From an uncultured Porphyrobacter sp. (GTDB lineage: Bacteria; Pseudomonadota; Alphaproteobacteria; Sphingomonadales; Sphingomonadaceae), in assembly GCA_964543735.1 (NCBI GenBank), contig CAZJAG010000003.1, forward strand, positions 1-51,432: 51,432 nt of DNA, read 5' to 3'. The notes below the pieces were generated by a model. It ran no database searches, was not told the DNA's origin, and saw nothing but the letters and a program-made list of their open reading frames with translations. Shown here in pieces: positions 1 through 8,025 of the stretch. A program made the position numbers and the translations under genes. Within the stretch, counting starts at the first letter, position 1; each line of letters begins with the position of its first letter.

Positions 1-608
1 CGGAGGCGAAGCCGGAGGACACTTTACCTACTTCAAGATTATCGGATGGGGCTGGGTCTATTTATCGACCGTGCTGGATGATTACTCGCGCTACATCATC
101 AGCTGGGAGTCGAAGACGGCCAAAGGCCAAGCTGTGCTCAACGATGCGGGCTGAGGATGTGACCGAGACGCTAGATATGGCGCTGGAGGCCTCTGGCTGC
201 GCGTCTGCCAGCGTCAAGCACAGACCCAGACTGCTGAGCGATAACGGCCCCAGCTACATCGCCGAAGAACTGGCTGATTACATCAGCGCCAAGAAGATGA
301 GCCACGTTCGCGGCGCGCCGTTCCATCCGCAAACGCAGGGCAAGATCGAACGCCAGAATGACCTGGGGCATCAAACGCTCAAGAACCGTGTGCTGCTGGA
401 GAACTACTTCCTGCCCGGTGATCTAGAAAACCAGATCGAAGCGTTCGTCGAACACTACAACCACCAGCGCTATCACGAGAGCTTGGAAAACGTGACGCCT
501 GCCGATGCCTACTTCGGTAGAGCTGAAGCCATCATCAAGCAGCGAGAAAGGACCAAACGAAAGACAATCGAGCATCGGCGCTTGCAACATCGCAAGCTAG
601 CCGCATAA
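1..608 (+). pseudogene. IS3/IS481-type DDE transposase (rve core), 5'-partial and frameshifted
   Basis: The frame at 23-106 reads FTYFKIIGWGWVYLSTVLDDYSRYIISW. After a 22-bp insert the ORF 78..608 frame continues KLCSTMRAEDV..LLSDNGPSY..HPQTQGKIER..YNHQRYHESL..TPADAY. Confidence 0.9.
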
Positions 609-683
609 TATCAAACAACAAGACGAGGAAAACGCTCCGCCAATCTAAGCCGTAACTTGTGCCAAATGTTCTGACGACGGACA
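1..683 (+). mobile_element. Right part of an IS3/IS481-type insertion sequence; terminal IR TCTGACGACGGACA at 670-683
   Basis: Transposase followed by a ...CA terminus; the same 14-mer occurs inverted at 9068-9081. Confidence 0.8.
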
Positions 684-970
684 ACCCTGCCCTCTATCAT
701 GATGAATTTGAGAAGCTTCTGCCGGCGTGCCAAGAAACTGGCAAAACAGTATGAAACTTTCGAGTGCTGAGTCAGAAAAACCGGTCGGCTTTTCGCCGTC
801 AATTGACGTAGTCGACACTGTTCGCCCCGAAAAGAATCATTTTTTCAAACACCAAGCAATATCATGCGAGCGACAAGTGGCAACAAATCAATTGTTGCGC
901 AGATCACCACTCTGCAAATTGTCTCCGCTAGAAAGAGGGCAATTTTTGCTGCTGATCGATGGGTCTAGTA

Positions 971-1181
971 TTCCCGTTAGCCGATCCCGAATTCCCGATC
1001 GAGTATTATGAGTTCCCGTTTGCTCAACAACGGGAAACGTCCAAAAAATCTCTATATTTCAGAACCCTGTAAGCAGCCAATTGCGTTTTGAATGGACTTT
1101 GGATCCATTTTCCCGTGAAAATCGCGTTTCCACGGGAAAATGGCGCTGAGACGAGTTCGCTCAGGACTGCACACCGCACCA
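971..1181 (+). repeat. TTCCCG box array, two inverted repeats and a tRNA-3'-like tail (putative att/end of an integrative element)
   Basis: TTCCCG at 971, 992, 1013 (21-bp spacing); IR 1013-1020/1029-1036; 13-bp perfect IR 1105-1117/1131-1143; GAGACGAGTTCGCTCAGGACTGCACACCGCACCA at 1148-1181. Confidence 0.6.
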
Positions 1182-1330
1182 AATTTTCCGAATGAATGCC
1201 TGCCATTGAAGGGCCTATCGTTCGAATTGTGCTTGAACGAACAAACACGAGGCGGCGTGGAGAAATTCCGTGCGGTCAAGGTTGGACGAGAAAGTTATGT
1301 TTCGAGGAGTGAGGACGCAGGACATGCCGC

Positions 1331-2194
1331 CTAGGGGGTATTCAATTCAGTCACCGTGGCCATATCATTTAGCGACCAATCATAAACGTAACGATTAATC
1401 TTCGTCGCTTGCTCCAATGCCTGCTTGAGTTCAGGCTTAGCAAACAGTCGCAGATGAGCAATGACAGCATCATCTGAACGACCAAAATCGTCCCTGTACC
1501 AGCTGAAGATTTTTGAAACTGTCAAACTGCCATTATCCGCTATCGATACGCCGCGCGGGTCATTCACGTAGAGAACAGCGTTTTCTTGAAGGCGCTGTTC
1601 AACATTGTCTGCGGTATAGGCTGTTTGAGCCAGGTTCGGGCAACCAATAGCGGCGCAATTAAAGGCATAATGAATACGTGGCTCATCCGGCCAAAGGGGC
1701 CTAACAATCCCGTGCTCAATATCATTCAGGCTAAGTTGGCGTCCGTTGACTGAAATGCGATCTTCATTCCATGGCCCAGGATCGACAAGCCCTGATGTAA
1801 TATCCCTTATGGAGTCCACTGGATAGTTGTCCAGGATGACTGAAACTGTGACGGCATTGTAAAGGTTGATCCAATATGCGAGCTGAGCATCTCGATTGAA
1901 CTCGGAGATATTCAACGCTTCCAAATTTGATATGTAGGTGTCCAGTTGCTGCTTCTCCTCCGCGCTAACCGCGGCATAATTTACCCGCACAATATTGTCA
2001 TCGCCAAGAGCAGTATGCTTTTGCAGAAAATCGTCCCAAATTTGATTTGATATTTGGCTTTGGGTACCGAATTTTTGAAGGTCAGATGAGATGATCTCCG
2101 ACTTTGGAATAGCGAGACGCTCAATGGTTGCGCAGCTGGCAAGGGCTGGCAAAGTACTGAGCATGATAAGTGCTTTTAGCGTATTGTTCATCAT
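1331..2194 (-). CDS. DUF547-domain lipoprotein
   Basis: Motifs AYWINLYNA, LSLNDIEHGI, PRIHYAFNCAAIGCP, YDWSLND; lipobox LASC; start moved to ATG 2194 behind GAGG. Confidence 0.85.
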   Translation of the reverse strand: MMNNTLKALIMLSTLPALASCATIERLAIPKSEIISSDLQKFGTQSQISNQIWDDFLQKHTALGDDNIVRVNYAAVSAEEKQQLDTYISNLEALNISEFNRDAQLAYWINLYNAVTVSVILDNYPVDSIRDITSGLVDPGPWNEDRISVNGRQLSLNDIEHGIVRPLWPDEPRIHYAFNCAAIGCPNLAQTAYTADNVEQRLQENAVLYVNDPRGVSIADNGSLTVSKIFSWYRDDFGRSDDAVIAHLRLFAKPELKQALEQATKINRYVYDWSLNDMATVTELNTP

Positions 2195-2430
2195 AACCTC
2201 TTTGCAGGATTGGTGCTTTGCATTGCGGCAAGAGCAAGCGCATCCGATTGAGCAAGCAGACAACCCGCTCCTCTTCCAGGTTAGTTCGGGCAGCAAATGC
2301 AATCCGTTACAGACGCAAGGGCCGCCGGTACTTGCATTCAAAAAATGCGTTCTGAAGCAATCGCTCTTGCGCAGTGATTGGGACAGAGCGGTTTTGAGAC
2401 AAATTGTGATGCAAGCACAAATCTACAGCC

Positions 2431-3387
2431 TCAGGCCGAGCAGCTAGCTCCTCCCAGCACACAGAACCGGGCGCAATGCGGATGGTTGAGCTTCACCGAT
2501 TGGAGGGCCTCGGTTAAAGTTTGTCCTAGATCGAAGCCGCGCTCATAAGGCAGCAGAGTGCATGCCGCCACCCGCGGTGTGGCTTCGCCTTTGCGCTTAA
2601 CAACCATCCTGCTGGATGCGCACATCACGCTGGCAGGATCGGCATCAAGCACACTCCAGCATGTGTTCGAGATTTCAGGGACGTCTGCTGTCTCATCCAT
2701 TTCAGGAAATATGACCAAATGTTCCGCATTGCCTGCGTCTAATGGCCAATCTCGCTTAGAAAATAGCTGGCCAAAGCCTGCTCGAGTTGCCGCTTCGCTT
2801 TCATCTGCTAAGCGGCGTCCGGCAATAGCGATATTGAAGGCATTTTGGGCTAGCCAGTCGATACCGCTAGTTGCGATTTCCCAGCTCGCGCCACGCTCTG
2901 CTTCGTGAACCGCGGGGCTATGGTGATCCAAGCTAACGCGAATTGTCAGTCGGTCGCGAGGTTCCAAAGCTAACAATTGTTGCTCGAAGCGCTGCATCGG
3001 ACGCATTGCATTGCTAAGGACGAGCAATTTAAAGCCGCGTTCCAAACAGAGTTTTAGAATAGGTATGATATGCGGGTTCATGAAGGGCTCGCCACCTGTG
3101 AACGCGATCTCTTCTGTGGGCAGGCGCTTGGCGACTATCTCATCGAGATATGTTCGTACCTCGTTCAAAGTGATATAGGCCAATGCATCGTTCTTTGGCG
3201 AACTTTCAATGTAACAAGACTTGCAGGCAAGGTTGCATAACGTACCGGTATTGAACCAGAGCGTCTTGAGATCTCTCAGATCAACAGAGGCCCGAACTTC
3301 GCCCTTGGCTGTGTGCAAGGGGTCGCAAAATTTTTCTGGCGAAAGGGACCGCGGATTTTTCAGCTTGAACGGGGACTGGTCTTGCAT
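2431..3387 (-). CDS. Radical SAM protein, ArsS/TIGR04167-related, Cys-rich C-terminus
   Basis: CNLACKSC (CxxxCxxC), FTGGEP, C-terminal HPHCARFCVLGGASC; neighbours typical of ArsS-like loci. Confidence 0.85.
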   Translation of the reverse strand: MQDQSPFKLKNPRSLSPEKFCDPLHTAKGEVRASVDLRDLKTLWFNTGTLCNLACKSCYIESSPKNDALAYITLNEVRTYLDEIVAKRLPTEEIAFTGGEPFMNPHIIPILKLCLERGFKLLVLSNAMRPMQRFEQQLLALEPRDRLTIRVSLDHHSPAVHEAERGASWEIATSGIDWLAQNAFNIAIAGRRLADESEAATRAGFGQLFSKRDWPLDAGNAEHLVIFPEMDETADVPEISNTCWSVLDADPASVMCASSRMVVKRKGEATPRVAACTLLPYERGFDLGQTLTEALQSVKLNHPHCARFCVLGGASCSA

Positions 3388-3391
3388 CTTT

Positions 3392-3988
3392 CTACAACTC
3401 GGTAAGTTCGGCCAATTCGGGCCAGAGTTTCAAGTCCTCGGGCCGGTCGCAATCAGGCAATGTTTCAAGCAGCGCTGGTTTTATCCCATGGCGCTCAAGC
3501 CGCCGAAGTGTTTCAGGTAGAACTTGGTCCGTGCCCCACGCTATCTCGGTGAAGATTTCGGGCAGTGGTTTGCGCATTCCAATAAGGTAGTATCCGCCAT
3601 CTTGAGCAGGCCCGATGACAACGTCATGTGTGGCAAGCGCTGCTATCGCATCTGCAACATGGTGTTCGGACAAATCAGGCGTGTCAGAACCCAAGAGCAC
3701 CACTGGAGCACGCTGCGCGAAAGCAGCAAGCCGTTCGCCCAAACCGCCATCTGTCTGCCGTTCATATTCGAGAGCGGGGCCAAGCCATTGCGCAAATTGC
3801 TCCAAAGATTCCCCGGTGTAAGCGACTGTGACAGGCGCCGAAGTGCGCGTCAAAGTTGCCACTGTGCGCTCGGACAAATTTCGATGGATAGCGGCGGAAC
3901 CATTTGCACCAAGCGCGGGGATGAGTCGCGTTTTGCATTCCCCTGCTGCAGGGTAACGACAAAAGAGGACAAGGCGGACGCGCGGCAC
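3392..3988 (-). CDS. TIGR04282/DUF2064 family CofC-like (glycosyl)transferase
   Basis: Motifs RYPAAGECKTRL, LGERL, GSDTPDL, IGPAQDGGYYLIG, IAWGT, LPDCDRPEDL. Confidence 0.88.
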   Translation of the reverse strand: MPRVRLVLFCRYPAAGECKTRLIPALGANGSAAIHRNLSERTVATLTRTSAPVTVAYTGESLEQFAQWLGPALEYERQTDGGLGERLAAFAQRAPVVLLGSDTPDLSEHHVADAIAALATHDVVIGPAQDGGYYLIGMRKPLPEIFTEIAWGTDQVLPETLRRLERHGIKPALLETLPDCDRPEDLKLWPELAELTEL

Positions 3989-4063
3989 CCGTTAAGACCC
4001 GCTTGAAAACGGTTTTGGCATGACGCAGGACTTACTCATTCCAAGATTGCATCCAACAAGGAA

Positions 4064-4927
4064 TTAGCCATTGTTGACGGCCCAGTCATAATCATAGCTG
4101 TCAATTTCGGTTGCACCCTCTAACAATTGGGCTGTGGGCCCTTCAGCATATTCACGCGCGTGTTCCAGAACGTCCTCAACCGAGCCCCAATCGTCCTGAT
4201 ACCAATCAAAAATACTGGAGGCGATGATTGCACCTTCTTTTCCGCCAAACCCGCGCGGATGATTGATAAAGGCTTTGGTTGCAGCCTCCAGCATCGGCTC
4301 TAAGTTATCGCTAGTGTAAGCCTTTGTCGCCAGATTTGGGCAGCCGATAGAGGCACAATTGACGGCATAGTGAATACGCACATCACCCCAGTCCGGCCGC
4401 AGAATATCATGCTCGATATTGTTCAAGCTCAGTTTGCGACCTGACACAGTAACGATTTTGTCATCCCACGGCCCAGCGCCCAAAAGACCAATGTCTCTTA
4501 TGGAATCAAGTGGCCAGTTCCTGACCATCACATCCACTGTCGCCGCGTTGTAGAGATTGACCCAAAAGGCGAATTGCTCATCGAGCGAAAAGTCTTCAAT
4601 CGCGATCGCTTGCATGGCCGCAAGATAGGCTTTGAGCGTGTCCCAAGCTTCGTCTTTGAAGCGGGCATAGTCGAACAGATTGACCTTGTTTGGGCCTTCC
4701 GTCACATATTCCTGCAGCAAAGTATTCCAGGCTGAGTGGTCAATCATCTCGGTGGATCCATCGTTTGCTGAAAAGCTGTCTTCGCCAAGGTCGCCTGAGG
4801 TAGGTGCACCGCATGCCGCCAGCAGCGCTGTGGCAGGGATTGCACTCAGAATGGTGCGGCGCGACATCCCGGAATTGGCAAACGAACGAGAATTGGTAGT
4901 GCCAAGCAATGGTAGTTCCTTGTGCAT
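4064..4927 (-). CDS. DUF547-domain lipoprotein with Tat-like signal
   Basis: SRRTIL...LLAAC signal; AFWVNLYNA, LSLNNIEHDIL, RIHYAVNCASIGCP, YDWAVN. Confidence 0.85.
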   Translation of the reverse strand: MHKELPLLGTTNSRSFANSGMSRRTILSAIPATALLAACGAPTSGDLGEDSFSANDGSTEMIDHSAWNTLLQEYVTEGPNKVNLFDYARFKDEAWDTLKAYLAAMQAIAIEDFSLDEQFAFWVNLYNAATVDVMVRNWPLDSIRDIGLLGAGPWDDKIVTVSGRKLSLNNIEHDILRPDWGDVRIHYAVNCASIGCPNLATKAYTSDNLEPMLEAATKAFINHPRGFGGKEGAIIASSIFDWYQDDWGSVEDVLEHAREYAEGPTAQLLEGATEIDSYDYDWAVNNG

Positions 4928-4937
4928 GAATAACGGT

Positions 4938-7007
4938 CTAACGTTCTTTCGCTGGGAGAACTGAGTTGGTTACAGGCGAGTTGGCCGATCGACCAAAATC
5001 GCCAAAAGCCTCGCGCCCGATAACAAATAAAATTTTCGAGCCGGCGGCCAAGACCCCGCGCATGGTGCCCGATATCTTTGATACGCCGATGCGCCTGCGA
5101 TAGTCAGCAGGCCGCTCCGCAACCCGCATACCTCGCTTAGCGGCGCGCACCTGCATCTCGATTGTCCAGCCAAAGTCTCGATCAGCCATCGCTAGCTGAT
5201 CTAAAGCATCTCGTCTGACCGCTCTAAATGGCCCTAAATCGGTATAGCGAACGCCCCAAATTACTCGCATCAACCTTGTTGCCAGCCAATTTCCAAAACG
5301 TTGCGGCACGCTCATTGCTCCTGGTTCTGTATGGCCCAACACCCGAGAGCCTATAACCAAGTCAGCTTTTCCTGCCGTGATAGGCTCAAGCAACGCAGCC
5401 GCCTCTTCAGGTTTATCGGACAGGTCTGCATCCATAAACAGCACAATATTCGTGCATGGATCCAGCTCTTCCAATGCTGCCAAACACGCCGCCCCATATC
5501 CTTTTTCAGGTTGGCAGATCACGCGCGCTCCCGCACCTTTCGCGACTTGAGCGGTCCGATCTTTGGAGCCATTGTCGGCAACAATCACTTCGACCAAGCC
5601 GGGCGGATTTGAAGCGATAATTCCGCGCACGGTTTCTCCGACTGAGCCTTCTTCGTTGAGCGCTGGAATAACGACAGAGACCCGCGGCTGTGCGATTGGG
5701 GTCGGCTGTGGGTGCTGTTTGCATTGGCGCGAACTCGCCCGCCAAACATCATAGGCTATTGCGCCCGCAAGTGCGCTCCATTGGGCGAGGCGGGCAAGGG
5801 GATGAACTTCAAAGTCCTCCAGCGCAAAGTCTTCCAGATTTATCCCGGTAAGATAGGAAAGTGGTAAAACAGCGCTTGCAACATAAGGCCACACTTCCTT
5901 GCGCCCCACAGCGAGCGGCAAAAGCCACAGCAGATACCATGCGTTTACGGCCGGCGCGAATAGCAAGATGATCCCGAATATTGCCGCCAAGGGGACTTCA
6001 TCAAAACTTTGAGACCGGGCGTGGAACCAAACGACGAATGCGCCCGCTACAGCAAGGGCGGCAATGCGCCCCCATGTCGGCCCGATCAGCAGGTAAAGCG
6101 CCTCGTAAGCCAGCGGGTTGAAATGCCAAATTTTTGCAAAGGTTTCGGTGGAATCGAGCCCCACTCCCATTCCTTGGATGGCAAAAACGCCATAAAGCAT
6201 AGTCATGACAACAAGGGCTGCGGTCATCGCTGATGGCCGCAATCTTAAAAGCATCGGCCAGGCTGCAAGTGCGACCAGCTTGATGCACGCTGCAATCGCA
6301 AAAAATGCGCCGGCAATGATCGGGTGACGTGCGCCCGAGAGTATGGCTGCGACCAAAGCAAGGCCCAGAAAAATGTCGGGATGAAGATGCAATGTCGTCT
6401 CTGCCACGACAAGTGGGTTCCAAGCAAATAGTGCCACTTGTTTGCCCGTGAATCTGCGCAACAGCAAAGCAGTGGTCAGCAGCGATGCTGCCGCGAATAC
6501 GATCCGAAGCCCTTGCTCATCAGCCCCTGCAAGAAACACTGTAACCGCAAAAACCGCCTGAAGCACGGGGCCATATATGGTGGGGAATTGGGGGTAATTC
6601 ACCCATTCCAGAATGCTACGCATCTCCTCGGGGACATTGGGGTCATCTTGAAATTCTAGGGGTGCCGCTCCGTAAGGCGTTCCAGTTTCCAGCAATCGCC
6701 AGCCATCCCAAATGAAGCGGTAAAAATCGTCCTCAAAGACGGTATAGCCAAACAATGCGCAGGTGTGCGCGGCTCCGGCAATCGCGAGGACAACAGGCGC
6801 GCTGATCGTCGCACCACGCCAAAGCAGTGCGCTTACCATGCCGCCGCCAACCACCAGGACAGACGCATAAATAGCGATGGGTGGCGCTGGCGTGCGCGAT
6901 AGTAGAACCAACGCCAGCACGCTCGCCAAAAAAGCCGATGCCCCGCCAATCGTAAGAAAGCGAGGCATCGAAAGCTCCAACGTTTTAGGAATTATTGTTC
7001 GTGTCAA
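4938..7007 (-). CDS. Fusion of a polytopic GT-C (GT87/DUF2029-like) domain and a GT2 (polyprenol-P-sugar synthase-like) glycosyltransferase
   Basis: N-half is multi-TM with EDDFYRFIWDG, TIYGP and WNPLV; C-half has VVIPALNEE, VADNGSKD, GYGAAC, FMDADLSD, TDLGPFRA, GWTIEMQ. Confidence 0.85.
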   Translation of the reverse strand: MTRTIIPKTLELSMPRFLTIGGASAFLASVLALVLLSRTPAPPIAIYASVLVVGGGMVSALLWRGATISAPVVLAIAGAAHTCALFGYTVFEDDFYRFIWDGWRLLETGTPYGAAPLEFQDDPNVPEEMRSILEWVNYPQFPTIYGPVLQAVFAVTVFLAGADEQGLRIVFAAASLLTTALLLRRFTGKQVALFAWNPLVVAETTLHLHPDIFLGLALVAAILSGARHPIIAGAFFAIAACIKLVALAAWPMLLRLRPSAMTAALVVMTMLYGVFAIQGMGVGLDSTETFAKIWHFNPLAYEALYLLIGPTWGRIAALAVAGAFVVWFHARSQSFDEVPLAAIFGIILLFAPAVNAWYLLWLLPLAVGRKEVWPYVASAVLPLSYLTGINLEDFALEDFEVHPLARLAQWSALAGAIAYDVWRASSRQCKQHPQPTPIAQPRVSVVIPALNEEGSVGETVRGIIASNPPGLVEVIVADNGSKDRTAQVAKGAGARVICQPEKGYGAACLAALEELDPCTNIVLFMDADLSDKPEEAAALLEPITAGKADLVIGSRVLGHTEPGAMSVPQRFGNWLATRLMRVIWGVRYTDLGPFRAVRRDALDQLAMADRDFGWTIEMQVRAAKRGMRVAERPADYRRRIGVSKISGTMRGVLAAGSKILFVIGREAFGDFGRSANSPVTNSVLPAKER

Positions 7008-7027
7008 TCACAACTTTTCAGCAGAGG

Positions 7028-7363
7028 TCAAACACCGTAGCGCTGACGCAGGAAAAACAGAACAGCAGTGCGATTTCTCTCGCTCAGTTTGAATTTGCCT
7101 TCCCGGACAGCCCTTGCCACTTCTGGCGCTGTTTGTTGGTTCAATCTCTTGTGATATTGGCATTTCTTGCAAGTAATGCGTTTGCGCACTTGCGACCTAC
7201 CGCGGTTCGCAAGCCGATCAGCTTCGGAAATTCGCGAGCTGGAAGCTGACCCGCTACCGAACCCGCCACCGAAACCGCCGCCTCCGCCGGTTCCGGATGC
7301 AGCGGCAGGGGCTGATGCGAGGGCTAGGCTCAAAAGGGCAGCTGAGATTACAAAATGGCGCAT
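7028..7363 (-). CDS. Small secreted protein with Gly-rich linker and CxxC motif, function unknown
   Basis: Signal peptide MRHFVISAALLSLALASAPAAA, poly-Gly, ITCKKC, basic C-terminus; start moved to ATG 7363. Confidence 0.7.
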   Translation of the reverse strand: MRHFVISAALLSLALASAPAAASGTGGGGGFGGGFGSGSASSSRISEADRLANRGRSQVRKRITCKKCQYHKRLNQQTAPEVARAVREGKFKLSERNRTAVLFFLRQRYGV

Positions 7364-7464
7364 ATTAGAATTCCCTATTTTTCGCGTGCATGCCGTCTGC
7401 AAACGGCTACTATCATGGGAGTGTTCGCCTTGAGACCGTATTTGGTTACAAAATTCTTTGAGAA

Positions 7465-8025
7465 TTATGGCGCGTAAGATGTCAACTGCTTGCGCTCTAT
7501 CAAGCGGCCCCAAAATTCGTCATAAGGATGGATCGCCTCAGTGCTGCCTGTTCCATTGGAGATAAGCGGGCGCTTGTCATTGTGCCAGCCGAATAGACCG
7601 CGCTCCAAATTGACCACACGAATGGCGCCGCTTGCCTTTAACTGAGACTGAGTTTTTTCGGCAAATTTGCTCGAGCGGACGCCAACCGAGCAATAAAAAA
7701 CGACTATCTTGCCTTGGGCCTTGTCTCCGTAATGTCTGAAGAAATCTTCAGCAGACATATCGGGCGCAACTTGGATAGCGCCGCGCAAATGGCTGACTGC
7801 GAATTCATCTTTTTCTCGGGTGTCGAAAACAAGCAAATCCGTATCATCCAACACTGCATACTCGGCTGGAGAGATATGGGATACATTGGGGTAGCCTCCC
7901 ACAATTGTGGCATGAACATCCTCCAGCGCATCTGGAGAATTCCCAAAGAATGCTAAGGCTGCAAGCGCCAAGGTACCTGCCGAAAATGTCGATATGGCAA
8001 TGCCGCGCATAGAACTCCTCATCAC
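7465..8025 (-). CDS. Exported/membrane-anchored rhodanese-like protein
   Basis: DTREKDEFAVSHLRGA, active-site loop FYCSVGVRS, NLERGLFGW; N-terminal hydrophobic segment. Confidence 0.85.
   Translation of the reverse strand: MMRSSMRGIAISTFSAGTLALAALAFFGNSPDALEDVHATIVGGYPNVSHISPAEYAVLDDTDLLVFDTREKDEFAVSHLRGAIQVAPDMSAEDFFRHYGDKAQGKIVVFYCSVGVRSSKFAEKTQSQLKASGAIRVVNLERGLFGWHNDKRPLISNGTGSTEAIHPYDEFWGRLIERKQLTSYAP

Noticed and set aside
971-1036. CRISPR array
   Set aside because: Repeats are only 6-8 bp with a 21-bp period, and there are no cas genes in the window.
1148-1181. tRNA gene
   Set aside because: Only a GTTCG..CCA-like tail; no D or anticodon arms or acceptor pairing could be built.
611-1334. 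Short ORFs 611-802, 727-1011, 1024-1248, 1052-1279, 1140-1334
   Set aside because: They overlap the IS end and repeat structures and show no motifs; likely spurious.
2341-2433. Selenocysteine read-through of the radical SAM TGA
   Set aside because: The terminal motif already has Cys (GASC), the read-through peptide is unconvincing and no clear SECIS is visible.
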